This document shows, in pieces, positions 6,548-15,614 of a stretch of DNA of 64,000 nucleotides. How positions within the stretch are numbered: position 1 is the stretch's first letter; each line of letters opens with the position of its first letter. Made by a program: the position numbers and the translations under genes. This DNA is from Spirochaetia bacterium (GTDB lineage: Bacteria; Spirochaetota; Spirochaetia; SZUA-6; Bin103), in assembly GCA_965203515.1 (NCBI GenBank), contig OZ241907.1, positions 1,888,001 to 1,952,000 of the forward strand, written 5' to 3'. The notes beneath the pieces are model-generated. The model was not told the origin of the DNA. It saw nothing but the letters and a program-made list of their open reading frames with translations, and did not search any database.

Positions 6548-9451
6548 TCAGCGTTCGGCGGCGATCTCCCGGCAGCGGCTTCCGGCCGGGACGGCGGCGC
6601 AAGCCCTGCCCTCCACCAGGCGCAGGCGTTGCCCGGCCGGCTGATTCTCCCAACGCACGCTGCCGCCGGCCGGCCAGTAGACCTCCACGCGGTCGGCGCG
6701 GGCGGCGTTGCCGAGCCCGAAGTGCACGGCCGGCGAGTTCTGCGAGTGGCCGCTCGATCCGCCCTTCACCTGCCGCTTCAGCACCCGACCGCCGGCGTGG
6801 ACCTCGACCACGGCGCCGATCGCGCTACGGTTGCTGCGCGTGCCGATCAGGTCGAGCTGCAGCGCCGTACCCAGCCGCACGGAGTCGTTGCGGAAGAGCT
6901 GCAGCGGTCCGTCCTGGTTGACGACCGCCACGTCGATGTCGCCGTCCCGGTCGTAGTCGGCGATGGCGCTGCCGCGGCCGTCCGGGACGCGGACGCCGGC
7001 CTGCCGGGCGACGTTGCGGAACGAACCGCCGCCTTCGTTCGAGAAGAACAGGTCGATCGGCGAACCGGCCATGGCGGCCACGAACAGGTCCTCGTCGCCG
7101 TCGTGGTCGGCGTCGAAGAAATTGACGCCCCAGGAGTCGTCGCCGGCCACGCCCGATCGTTCGGCGGCGTTGTCCGCGAACGAGCCGTGCGGGTGACCCA
7201 GATAGAGCACGTTCCCCCACGGCGGCTCCTCCAGCGGCGTGCCGCCGCTCCTCAGGTCGGAGATGTAGACGTCCCACGTGCCATTGCCGTCGACGTCGGC
7301 CGTGTCGATGCCCATGCCGGCCTGCGCGTCGTCGCCGATCCAGGGCCAGTCGCGAAACACCTGCGTGAACGAGCCGCCGGCGTTGCGGAAGATCTGGTCG
7401 ACGTGGCTGGTGCGGTTGGCGTAGTCGCCCGCTACGTTGACTACGTACAGGTCGGGCCACAGGTCGTCGTTCAGGTGGGCGCCCAGCACCAGCAGCGCGC
7501 CGCGGTAGGCGGTGACGCCCCGGTACAGGCCGGCCGCTTCGGTGGCGTCGGTGAAGGTGCCGTCGCAGTCGTTGCGGTACAGTCGATCGCGGTTGGCGGC
7601 CGACCCGGGCGCGTTGATCACCAGATGGGCGACGTACAGGTCGACGCAGCCGTCACGGTCGTAATCGAGCCAGGCCGCCGCCTTGGAGCGATGTCCGGGC
7701 AGCGCGCCGTAGGGCGTGTCAGCCAGGTCGTCGACGCCGGCGGCGGCCGCCGCCTCGACGAACAGGGGGCCGCCGGCCGGTATGGCGAATCGGTGCTCCG
7801 CCAGGAGGTTGCGCAGCAGCAGGTTGGGCGGGCCGTCCGGCCGGTTCTCGCCGTGCAGGGACCATTCGACGTTGTCGGTGTAGACGTAGATGTCGAGGTC
7901 TCCGTCGTTGTCGTAGTCCGCGAACACCGATCCCGACATTTCGGTGGCGGGAAGCTCGGGCAGCAGGTGGTGCGCCGCTTCGAAGCGGCCGCCGCCCAGA
8001 TTTCGGTACAACCGCGGCGGATAGTCCGGGTCGCCGCCGACCGCGAACAGGTCGGGCCAGCCGTCGGCGTCGACGTCGATCCAGTTGACGCCCAGGCTGT
8101 GCGTGGAGCTCGAGAAGAAGCGATCGCCGCCGACGCCCGCCGCGGCGGCGACCTCGGTGAAGCGGATCGGCGTGTCCGCCGTCCCGGCCGCATCCGGTGC
8201 GGCCGGTTCGAGCCTCGCCGCCGGCATGGCGGCCGGCGTCCGCAGAGCGGGCGTCTGCTGCGGAAGCAGCCGGCTCGCTCCCAGCACCGCCATCCCGCCG
8301 GCCATCGCGATCGCCCACGTGCCCAGCGCGTAGGCGCCGACCCCCCTCCAGCGCAGCGTGCCCAGCAAGCCCCAGAAGGTGATCGGCCCGCCCGCCGCCG
8401 CCGCGAACAGCAGCGTCGCGGCCGGGGCGGTACCGGCGCCGAGCAGCAACAGCAGCGCCGCCAAGGGAATCTCGAACAGCAGCGGCACGTTGATCAGGAC
8501 CCCGATCGTGGCGGCCACGGCGATACCGGTCACGCCGTCGCCCAGGAATGCGTCGACGGTATCGGGACGGAGGAACTGGATCGCGGCGCCGCTCGCAAAC
8601 CCGGCCAGAACCATGATCGGCCCCATGCGGATGACCATGCGGCCGGTGGCGCGCGCCCACCGCCGCAGACCGTCGGTCAGCTCCGCCGCCCAGCCCGGGT
8701 CCGGTTGGGCCGCCGGCGGCCCAACCGGGTCGCACGCGGCCGGCTGCGCGGAGCCGCCCGCCACCCGCGCCACGAGCGGACCGAGCGCGAAGGCGGCGGC
8801 CAGCCCCAGCAGCACGCGGCTGGCGCCCAGCAGCGGCGAGAACACGACGGCGATCATCAGCAGCGAAGGCAGGTTGAGCGTGGCCGATCCGTGCACGAGC
8901 GCCAGCGCGCCCTCGATTCCCAGCCCGCGCCGGCGAACGGCGCCGGACACCGGCACGACGCAGGCCGAGCAGAGGTTCACCACCGGGCCGATGCCCAAGC
9001 CCTTGAGGATGCGGCTCACCGGACCGGCCGGCGCGCGGCGCGCGGCGCCGGCGGGCGCCAGGAACGCCTCGGCGATGCCGCCGGCCAGGAACGCGAACGC
9101 CATGCCGACCGCCACCAGCCGCAGATAGGTGAGGGAGAACCGCCACCAGCGGGTGACGAAGCCCGACTGCGGTTCCGCCTCCACGCAGAATCCCTGGAAG
9201 CACTCCGCGGTCGGCGCCAGCGCGGCCTGCAGGTCGGCGCGTACGGTGTCGAGCTTGGGCAGGCGGTTGAAGGCGGCGAAGGGCAGCAGGATGGCCAGCA
9301 GGAACGCGATGCCGATTACGCGCCGCCGGCCGGCCGGCCGGGCGACGGCGGTGCGGATGCTGCCGAGGAGTGGCAGCCGCCGCGCGCCGGAGATCCGCCC
9401 GCCGGTTGCGGTTGCGGCCAGCTTGCGCCACATCGCCTCCGAGATTAGCAT
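6548..9451 (-). CDS. DUF318/ArsP-like permease fused to FG-GAP repeats + ASPIC/UnbV (CRTAC1-like) domain
   Basis: N-terminal TM region with NLCSACVVPV; DxDxDGxxDL repeats; C-terminal NRSAIGAVVEV..HFGLG; start uncertain. Confidence 0.8.
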   Translation of the reverse strand: MLISEAMWRKLAATATGGRISGARRLPLLGSIRTAVARPAGRRRVIGIAFLLAILLPFAAFNRLPKLDTVRADLQAALAPTAECFQGFCVEAEPQSGFVTRWWRFSLTYLRLVAVGMAFAFLAGGIAEAFLAPAGAARRAPAGPVSRILKGLGIGPVVNLCSACVVPVSGAVRRRGLGIEGALALVHGSATLNLPSLLMIAVVFSPLLGASRVLLGLAAAFALGPLVARVAGGSAQPAACDPVGPPAAQPDPGWAAELTDGLRRWARATGRMVIRMGPIMVLAGFASGAAIQFLRPDTVDAFLGDGVTGIAVAATIGVLINVPLLFEIPLAALLLLLGAGTAPAATLLFAAAAGGPITFWGLLGTLRWRGVGAYALGTWAIAMAGGMAVLGASRLLPQQTPALRTPAAMPAARLEPAAPDAAGTADTPIRFTEVAAAAGVGGDRFFSSSTHSLGVNWIDVDADGWPDLFAVGGDPDYPPRLYRNLGGGRFEAAHHLLPELPATEMSGSVFADYDNDGDLDIYVYTDNVEWSLHGENRPDGPPNLLLRNLLAEHRFAIPAGGPLFVEAAAAAGVDDLADTPYGALPGHRSKAAAWLDYDRDGCVDLYVAHLVINAPGSAANRDRLYRNDCDGTFTDATEAAGLYRGVTAYRGALLVLGAHLNDDLWPDLYVVNVAGDYANRTSHVDQIFRNAGGSFTQVFRDWPWIGDDAQAGMGIDTADVDGNGTWDVYISDLRSGGTPLEEPPWGNVLYLGHPHGSFADNAAERSGVAGDDSWGVNFFDADHDGDEDLFVAAMAGSPIDLFFSNEGGGSFRNVARQAGVRVPDGRGSAIADYDRDGDIDVAVVNQDGPLQLFRNDSVRLGTALQLDLIGTRSNRSAIGAVVEVHAGGRVLKRQVKGGSSGHSQNSPAVHFGLGNAARADRVEVYWPAGGSVRWENQPAGQRLRLVEGRACAAVPAGSRCREIAAER

Positions 9452-9486
9452 TGCCGCATCTGGTTCGAGCAGCGCTTCCGACGCGA

Positions 9487-11001
9487 GTGACGCGGGTGAG
9501 GGGCGCGGCTGCGCTGGCGGCCGCGGCCGTGATCGGGCTGGCCGGCTGTGGCGGCGACCGATCGGGCGGCGACGCCCGGACCGCCGCGGCGCCGCCGGTC
9601 TCCTTCCCGCTGGCGGAGCCGGTCACCCTGACCGCCGGCGTGCCGGAGTCGCTCCTCCCCGCGTCGGCCCGCCCCTCGTGGGAGGCGCTCCGCCGTCTCA
9701 CCAACGTCACGGTGCGGCCGGTCGTGGTCGCAGGCGCCACCGAGGCGGCGCGCCGCGGCCGGCTGGCGGAGCTGGCCGCCGTCGGTGAGTTGCCCGATCT
9801 GCTGGCCGAGGGAGTGGCGCCGCTCGACTCGATCCGCCAGCGGGAGTGGCTGGTCAACCTGCTCGAACGCCCCGAGCTCACGCCCCATCTGCACCGCCGG
9901 CTGGCCGAGCATGAGCGCTTCCGGCAGAGCACGTACGGCCGGCTGCTGGCGCCGGGTGAGCTCTACGCGCTGGGCGTGTTCGACGAAGGCGCCAGCCCGT
10001 ACCTGGGCGCCATCGCCTATCGGCAGGACCTGTTCGAGGCGCGCGGCCTGCAGGCCGGTACCTGGGACGAACTGCTGGCCTCGCTCCGCGCGCTCCACGC
10101 CGAGTTTCCGCAGAGCACGCCGTTCGCCGCCGCCTACCGGGCGCTGATGTTCCGGGCTCCGTCGTGGTTTCGCTCCGGCCTCGATGAACGGTTGGCCGCC
10201 TACCACCATCCCGAGCGGCGCGAGTGGCGGTTCGGGCCGTTCGAGCGGGAGTTCGAGGACTATCTGCGCTTCTTTCATCGTCTGGAGGCGGAGCGGCTGC
10301 TGGCGGCCGGCGCGCTCGATCCGCGGACCGCTTTGAGCGGTCCGGACCTGCTGCGCCTGCTCGGCGCGGAGCGCGCGTTCGTGATGCCGTGGGCCGGCCG
10401 CACGGGACCCGAGCTGGCCGGCTCGCGCGGCTCCGGCGCGCTGACCGAGGAGGGCGACTGGGACGGCGCCGGGGTCTGGATGGGGCCGATGCGGCTGCCG
10501 CGCACGCGCGGGCGGCGCGGCTGGATCGCGCCGTCCGCATGGAACGGCATCGCGCCGGGTTGGGCCGTGACCGCGGCCTCCGCGCACGCGGAGACGGCGG
10601 TGGCATTCCTCGATCTGTTGCTGGCGGACCGGGTGGCGCGCCAAGTGGCGGCGTTGCCGGCCGATGGGGGAGGAGCCGGCCGTCTGGACTTCGCGCTGTG
10701 GGTGGCAGGCCGGGACCACGCCGCCGACACGCCGGCGGCGCGGTACTTCGAGCGCCGCGACGCGGCGACCTACCTGGACGACGACGCCGTGATCCTGGAG
10801 CCATGGCCCGCCATCGACACGCGCAGCCGCACCTTCGTCGACGCGTTGGCCGGACCGCTGGTCGAGCACGTAGTCGTGGAGTCGGCGAAGTTCATCACCG
10901 GCGTCCGGCCGCTGACGCAGGTCGAGGCGTTTCGGCAGGAACTGCGCGACCGCGGCGCCGAACGCCTGATGAACTGGCTGACGCTGGGACGCGCGCGGTG
11001 A
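9487..11001 (+). CDS. Extracellular solute-binding lipoprotein (carbohydrate ABC type, divergent)
   Basis: Lipobox IGLAGC; YRQDLFEARGL..TWDELLASLRAL; KFITGVRPL. Confidence 0.7.
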   Translation: MTRVRGAAALAAAAVIGLAGCGGDRSGGDARTAAAPPVSFPLAEPVTLTAGVPESLLPASARPSWEALRRLTNVTVRPVVVAGATEAARRGRLAELAAVGELPDLLAEGVAPLDSIRQREWLVNLLERPELTPHLHRRLAEHERFRQSTYGRLLAPGELYALGVFDEGASPYLGAIAYRQDLFEARGLQAGTWDELLASLRALHAEFPQSTPFAAAYRALMFRAPSWFRSGLDERLAAYHHPERREWRFGPFEREFEDYLRFFHRLEAERLLAAGALDPRTALSGPDLLRLLGAERAFVMPWAGRTGPELAGSRGSGALTEEGDWDGAGVWMGPMRLPRTRGRRGWIAPSAWNGIAPGWAVTAASAHAETAVAFLDLLLADRVARQVAALPADGGGAGRLDFALWVAGRDHAADTPAARYFERRDAATYLDDDAVILEPWPAIDTRSRTFVDALAGPLVEHVVVESAKFITGVRPLTQVEAFRQELRDRGAERLMNWLTLGRAR

Positions 11002-12500
11002 GCGGCTCGGGGGCGAGCGGAGCGGGCGCCGGCCGGCCGATGCGGCGGCGCCCGCTCCGGGTACGGCTGGCGGCGCCGGCGGTGGCGGTCGCCGTCCTGA
11101 TCGCCGGCTACGCGCTGCTGTCCGGCCGGGAACCGGCCATGGTGGAAGAAGCCGGGACGGAACCGGCGTTGCCGCCGTTCTTCACCGGCGATCCGCAGGC
11201 GGTGGCGGCGATCATGCTGCATCACACCGGTCTGACGCTGCAGCGCCGCTCCATCCCGGAGACCAGCCCGGAGACCATCCCGGAGACGGATGCCGCGTTC
11301 GACTGGATATACCCGGCGGCGCCCGACGTTCCGCTGCGCGAGTCTCAGGTACTGCAGGTGGTCGAGGCGGCGATCGGCCTGCGTCCGTTGCGCGTCATCG
11401 CCGATGAGCCGGCCGATCTCGCCCCCTATCGGCTCGACGCGCCGCGCGGGCGCATGGAGTTGGTGTCGGCCGGCGGCGAGCGCCTGACCATACTGCTCGG
11501 CGCGCCGACGGCCACCGATACCGGCTATGCGATGGTGGAGGGCCGGCCGGCGGTCTACACGGTGAGCGCCGCCGCCGCGTACCTCCTGAGCCGCGCGCCG
11601 GCGGAGCTGATCGACGCCGCGCTGCCGACCTTCGAGCCGGTGCTGGTGCGGCGGCTGCGGGTGCGCGGCCCGCACGGCGAGCTGCGCGTGCGGTTCGACG
11701 CCTTCCACGACGCGTCGCAGGCGGCCGAGCGGGCCGCGTACCTGCTCACCGCCCCCTACGCCGCCCCCGTGCCGGTCGACGACGCCGCGCTGCGCGCGGT
11801 GCTGGCGCGGCTCCGCGAGGACCTGACCGGTGACGTGGCCGACGGGATCGTGGCCGAAGCCGCGGCGGACGATCCGGCGCTGGGATTGTCCGAGCCGACC
11901 TTCGAGCTGGAGGTCGAGGACGTCGACGGCGTCTATCACCTGCTGGTCGGTGCGCCGGCCGGCGCCCACCATCGCTACGCGGCGCTCGCCGGCCGGCCCG
12001 CGGTCTACCGGCTCGGCGACAGCCGCGTCGCGGCGCTGGACCGCCTCCGGCCGTTCGACCTCGTGGCGCGGGCGGCCGCCCCGGTCGACTACGACCTGGT
12101 GCGGGAAGTGGTCTTCACGGCGCGGGGCAAGAGCTACCGGATGACGGTCGACCGGGAAGGAGAAGGGATGCGCGCGCCGGTCTACCGGCTCGATCGGACC
12201 CCGCTGGCCGCGATCGACGCCGCCGAGCTGCTCGATCTCCTGAACGGCCTGCGGATGGAGGGCGATACCGCCGGCGGTGCGCCGGCCGCGGGACGGCAGC
12301 CGGTGCTGGAGATCACGTGGCGGCTCACCAAGCCGGAGCTCCCCGCATGGTCGATCGGGTTTCTGCCGCACGACGGCGATTTCTACGCGGTACGCCGGGG
12401 CGCCGGCGGCGCGGCGGCCCCGTTCCTGATCGATCGCCGCGCGGTAGACGCGCTGGCCGACCTGATCGCGCGGCTGGCCGGGAGCACGGCGACCGGCTGA
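10998..12500 (+). CDS. DUF4340-like protein
   Basis: GTGA overlap with upstream gene; N-terminal TM; repeated xGL/RLxxP..LLG..Y..GRPAVY units. Confidence 0.65.
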   Translation: MSGSGASGAGAGRPMRRRPLRVRLAAPAVAVAVLIAGYALLSGREPAMVEEAGTEPALPPFFTGDPQAVAAIMLHHTGLTLQRRSIPETSPETIPETDAAFDWIYPAAPDVPLRESQVLQVVEAAIGLRPLRVIADEPADLAPYRLDAPRGRMELVSAGGERLTILLGAPTATDTGYAMVEGRPAVYTVSAAAAYLLSRAPAELIDAALPTFEPVLVRRLRVRGPHGELRVRFDAFHDASQAAERAAYLLTAPYAAPVPVDDAALRAVLARLREDLTGDVADGIVAEAAADDPALGLSEPTFELEVEDVDGVYHLLVGAPAGAHHRYAALAGRPAVYRLGDSRVAALDRLRPFDLVARAAAPVDYDLVREVVFTARGKSYRMTVDREGEGMRAPVYRLDRTPLAAIDAAELLDLLNGLRMEGDTAGGAPAAGRQPVLEITWRLTKPELPAWSIGFLPHDGDFYAVRRGAGGAAAPFLIDRRAVDALADLIARLAGSTATG

Positions 12501-12503
12501 CCG

Positions 12504-13241
12504 TCACCCGCCGTCCGTGCCGCGTTCGCCCTTGACCGGCGCCGGCGCCTGCGTGACCGTCCCGTCCAGCTCCTCGATCCGCATGGCATCGAACGGAACG
12601 TTGGTCACCACGTCACCGGTCACGCCGCGCAGCGTCACGCGGCCCGTGATGGTCTGCACGCGCACTTCGCCGGAGCCGCCGTGCACGGCGATGTCGCCGT
12701 CGGAGGAGAGCAGCCACTTGCGGCCGCGGCTGTCGTACACGCGGGTGGCGCCGCGGCCGTTGGTGGTGAACAGCTCGGCCGTCACGCCGCGCACGATGAT
12801 GTCGCCCTCGAAGGTATAGAGGTCCGCGCTGGGCGCTTCCAGGTTCTGCAGGATCAGGTCTCCCGCCGCGGTGACCGCCACCGACACGCCGTGCGGCACG
12901 CGCAGGAGGAGCCGCGGATACCAGTCCATCGACGACCGCAGCACGCTCCGGTCGTTCGTGGCGACCTGCACGATCGTTCGGTGCGCGCCGTGGTCGGTGA
13001 CGATGGCCACCTCGTTTCGGCGGCGGACCCGGTCCGACATCACCGCCCGGCCGGCGATCGTGTCGCCGTCGTAGCCGGTGACGTCCAGGGAGAAGAAGGA
13101 GCCCTTGACGATCACCTCGGCTCGCGCCGGGACCTCGAAGCGCTCCTCGACGGCCGCCCCTTCGAACAGGCCCGCGGCGAACCCGTCGAACGAGCTCAGC
13201 AGCCACAACAGGCCGGCAAGCGTCGCTCCATGACCGCGCAC
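12504..13241 (-). CDS. DUF4097-like beta-strand repeat protein
   Basis: Signal-like N-terminus from GTG 13241; repeats TFEGDIIV, SSDGDIAV, TITGRVTL. Confidence 0.6.
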   Translation of the reverse strand: MRGHGATLAGLLWLLSSFDGFAAGLFEGAAVEERFEVPARAEVIVKGSFFSLDVTGYDGDTIAGRAVMSDRVRRRNEVAIVTDHGAHRTIVQVATNDRSVLRSSMDWYPRLLLRVPHGVSVAVTAAGDLILQNLEAPSADLYTFEGDIIVRGVTAELFTTNGRGATRVYDSRGRKWLLSSDGDIAVHGGSGEVRVQTITGRVTLRGVTGDVVTNVPFDAMRIEELDGTVTQAPAPVKGERGTDGG

Positions 13242-13280
13242 CGGTCCCGGATTTGACAACGCTCCGGCCGGGTTTGCAAC

Positions 13281-14288
13281 ATGGCGCCGATGATCGGGTA
13301 CGTCAGCCGCCGGGTTCTGGTCATGATCCCGACGTTGATCCTGATCTCGATCATCTCCTTCATCGTCATCGAGCTGCCGCCGGGCGACATGGCGAGCGCC
13401 TACGTGGGACAGCTCGAAGACATGCGCGATCGCGTCGGCAGTCAGGAGGCGGAGGAGATGGTGGCCAACATACGGGCGCAACTCGGGCTGGACGCCCCGG
13501 CGCCGGTACGCTACCTCCGGTGGGGCGCGGCCTGGATCAGAGGGGACTGGGGCTGGTCCTTCCAGTGGCGCAAGCCGGTCCGCCAGGCGATCGGCGACCG
13601 CCTGGTCCTGACGGTGATGATCGGCCTGATCACGCTGCTCATCTCCACCTCCATCGCTTGGCCGGCCGGGGTCGGCGCCGCCATCCGGCAATACTCGCTG
13701 TTCGACAACGTGTTCAGCTTCATCGCGTTCTTCATGATGGCGATTCCCAACTTCCTGTTCGCGCTGCTGCTGATGTACGCGTCCTTCAAGCTGATCCGCT
13801 ACGTGCCGGGCGGCGTCTTTTCGAGCGAGTACGCGCAGGCTCCGTGGAGCCTTGCCAAGTTCATCGATTTCCTCAAGCACATCTGGATGCCGATCGTGGT
13901 CCTGGGCTTCGAGGCGATCGGCGGCGGCGTGCGCACCATCCGCGCCAACGTGCTGGACCAGTTGCGCATGCCGTTCGTCACCACGGCGCGGGCCAAGGGG
14001 GTGCCGGAGACCCGCCTGCTCATCAAGTACCCGATCCGGATGGCCGCCAATCCGTGGATCTCCGGCATCGGCTGGCTGCTGCCGGCGCTCGTCGGCGGCG
14101 AGGTCCTGGTCGCGCTGGTGCTCGGCCTGCCGACCATAGGACCGTTCCTGCTCGAAGGCCTGATCAATCAGGACATGCAGCTTGCCGGCGCCGTCATCAT
14201 GTTGATAGCGACCTTGACGGTGATCGGTACGCTGATCTCCGATCTGGCGCTCGCGCTGCTCGACCCGCGCATCCGGCTGGTGCAGTGA
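13281..14288 (+). CDS. ABC transporter permease (OppB/DppB type)
   Basis: IELPPGD; EAA-like TARAKGV; LDPRIR C-terminus. Confidence 0.92.
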   Translation: MAPMIGYVSRRVLVMIPTLILISIISFIVIELPPGDMASAYVGQLEDMRDRVGSQEAEEMVANIRAQLGLDAPAPVRYLRWGAAWIRGDWGWSFQWRKPVRQAIGDRLVLTVMIGLITLLISTSIAWPAGVGAAIRQYSLFDNVFSFIAFFMMAIPNFLFALLLMYASFKLIRYVPGGVFSSEYAQAPWSLAKFIDFLKHIWMPIVVLGFEAIGGGVRTIRANVLDQLRMPFVTTARAKGVPETRLLIKYPIRMAANPWISGIGWLLPALVGGEVLVALVLGLPTIGPFLLEGLINQDMQLAGAVIMLIATLTVIGTLISDLALALLDPRIRLVQ

Positions 14289-14290
14289 CC

Positions 14291-15472
14291 ATGGCGAGCG
14301 GCGGTCGCCGGCATACGCAGCAGGACCGACCGGCCGGCGCGGCGGGTGCGCCGGACCGGGCCGCGGCGCCGGACCGGGACGCGCGGGCGCGGGAGGCGTA
14401 CTTCAACGCCGGGCAGTTGAAGCTGATCTGGCTGAAGTTCAAGAGCCACCGATGGGCGCGCGCCGCGCTGGCGGTGCTGACGCTGTTCTACGTACTGGTG
14501 ATCTTCAATGGGTTCTTCGAGATCAACGACCCGGTCGAACGGCGCGCCGATTTTCGTTTCCTGCCGCCCGCGCGCATCCATCTGTTCGACCGGGAAGGCC
14601 GCTTCCGCCCGGTCGTCTATCAGATCACCAGCCAGCTCAACTGGGAGACCCTGGAGCGCGAGTTCACGCCCGACCTCGATACCGAGACGCCGCTGCGGCT
14701 GTTCGTGCGCGGTCACGAGTACGATCTGTTCGGCTTCATCCCCAGCACGCTGCATCTGGTCGGCACCGGCACGCCGGAGGTGCTCTGGTACCCGCTCGGG
14801 ACCGACAGCCAGGGTCGCGACCTGTTCTCGCGCATCGTGCGCGGCTCCGCCATATCGCTCACCATCGGCCTGGTCGCCATCGTCATCACCTGGGTGCTGG
14901 GAATCACCATCGGATGCATCTCCGGGTACTTCGGCGGCACCACCGACAACGTCATTCAGCGGCTGATCGAAGTCTTCATGTCCTTCCCGACGGTGCCGCT
15001 GTGGATGGCGCTGAGCGCCGCGCTGCCGCTCGACTGGGGCATCGTCCAGGTCTACTTCGCGATCACGCTCATCCTCTCCGTCTTCGCCTGGACGGGGCTG
15101 GCGCGCACGGTACGTAGCAAGTTCCTGGCTCTTCGGGAAGAGGAGTACGTGATGGCCGCCAAGCTGGACGGCGCGCCGGTCCGCCGGCAGCTCTTCCGGC
15201 ACATGCTGCCGTCGTTCGCCAGCCACCTGATCGTGGAGGGCAGCAACCGGGTACCGGCGCTGATCCTGGGAGAGACCGCGCTGAGCTTCCTGGGGATCGG
15301 CATGCGCGCGCCGGCGATCAGTTGGGGGGTGCTGATCCAGGAGGCGCAGAACGTCAGCGTGGTGGCGTTGCGCCCGTGGCTGCTCATTCCGGCGCTGATG
15401 GTGATCTTCACCGTGGTCGCCTTTCAGTTCCTGGGCGACGGCCTCCGCGACGCCATGGACCCGTACCGGTAG
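14291..15472 (+). CDS. ABC transporter permease (OppC/DppC type)
   Basis: LGTDSQGRDLFSR; ETALSFLGIG; GDGLRDAMDPY. Confidence 0.92.
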   Translation: MASGGRRHTQQDRPAGAAGAPDRAAAPDRDARAREAYFNAGQLKLIWLKFKSHRWARAALAVLTLFYVLVIFNGFFEINDPVERRADFRFLPPARIHLFDREGRFRPVVYQITSQLNWETLEREFTPDLDTETPLRLFVRGHEYDLFGFIPSTLHLVGTGTPEVLWYPLGTDSQGRDLFSRIVRGSAISLTIGLVAIVITWVLGITIGCISGYFGGTTDNVIQRLIEVFMSFPTVPLWMALSAALPLDWGIVQVYFAITLILSVFAWTGLARTVRSKFLALREEEYVMAAKLDGAPVRRQLFRHMLPSFASHLIVEGSNRVPALILGETALSFLGIGMRAPAISWGVLIQEAQNVSVVALRPWLLIPALMVIFTVVAFQFLGDGLRDAMDPYR

Positions 15473-15614
15473 GCGCCGGGCGGCTGCTCGGCGCGCCGAC
15501 CTCACGGCGCGTGCGGCGGCGGTTGCGGTCGGGTCCCGGACGGGATACCCTTCCGGGCCGTTGCGCCGGCCGAGTCCCCGGCGACATCAGGCATCGAGCG
15601 CAAGGAGGAACGTT

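Noticed and set aside
6512..9448. 978-aa plus-strand ORF and many similar long Arg/Ala/Gly-rich ORFs (e.g. 43532-46774, 30978-33509, 46708-49224)
   Set aside because: Shadow ORFs of real genes, expected at this GC content; no motifs
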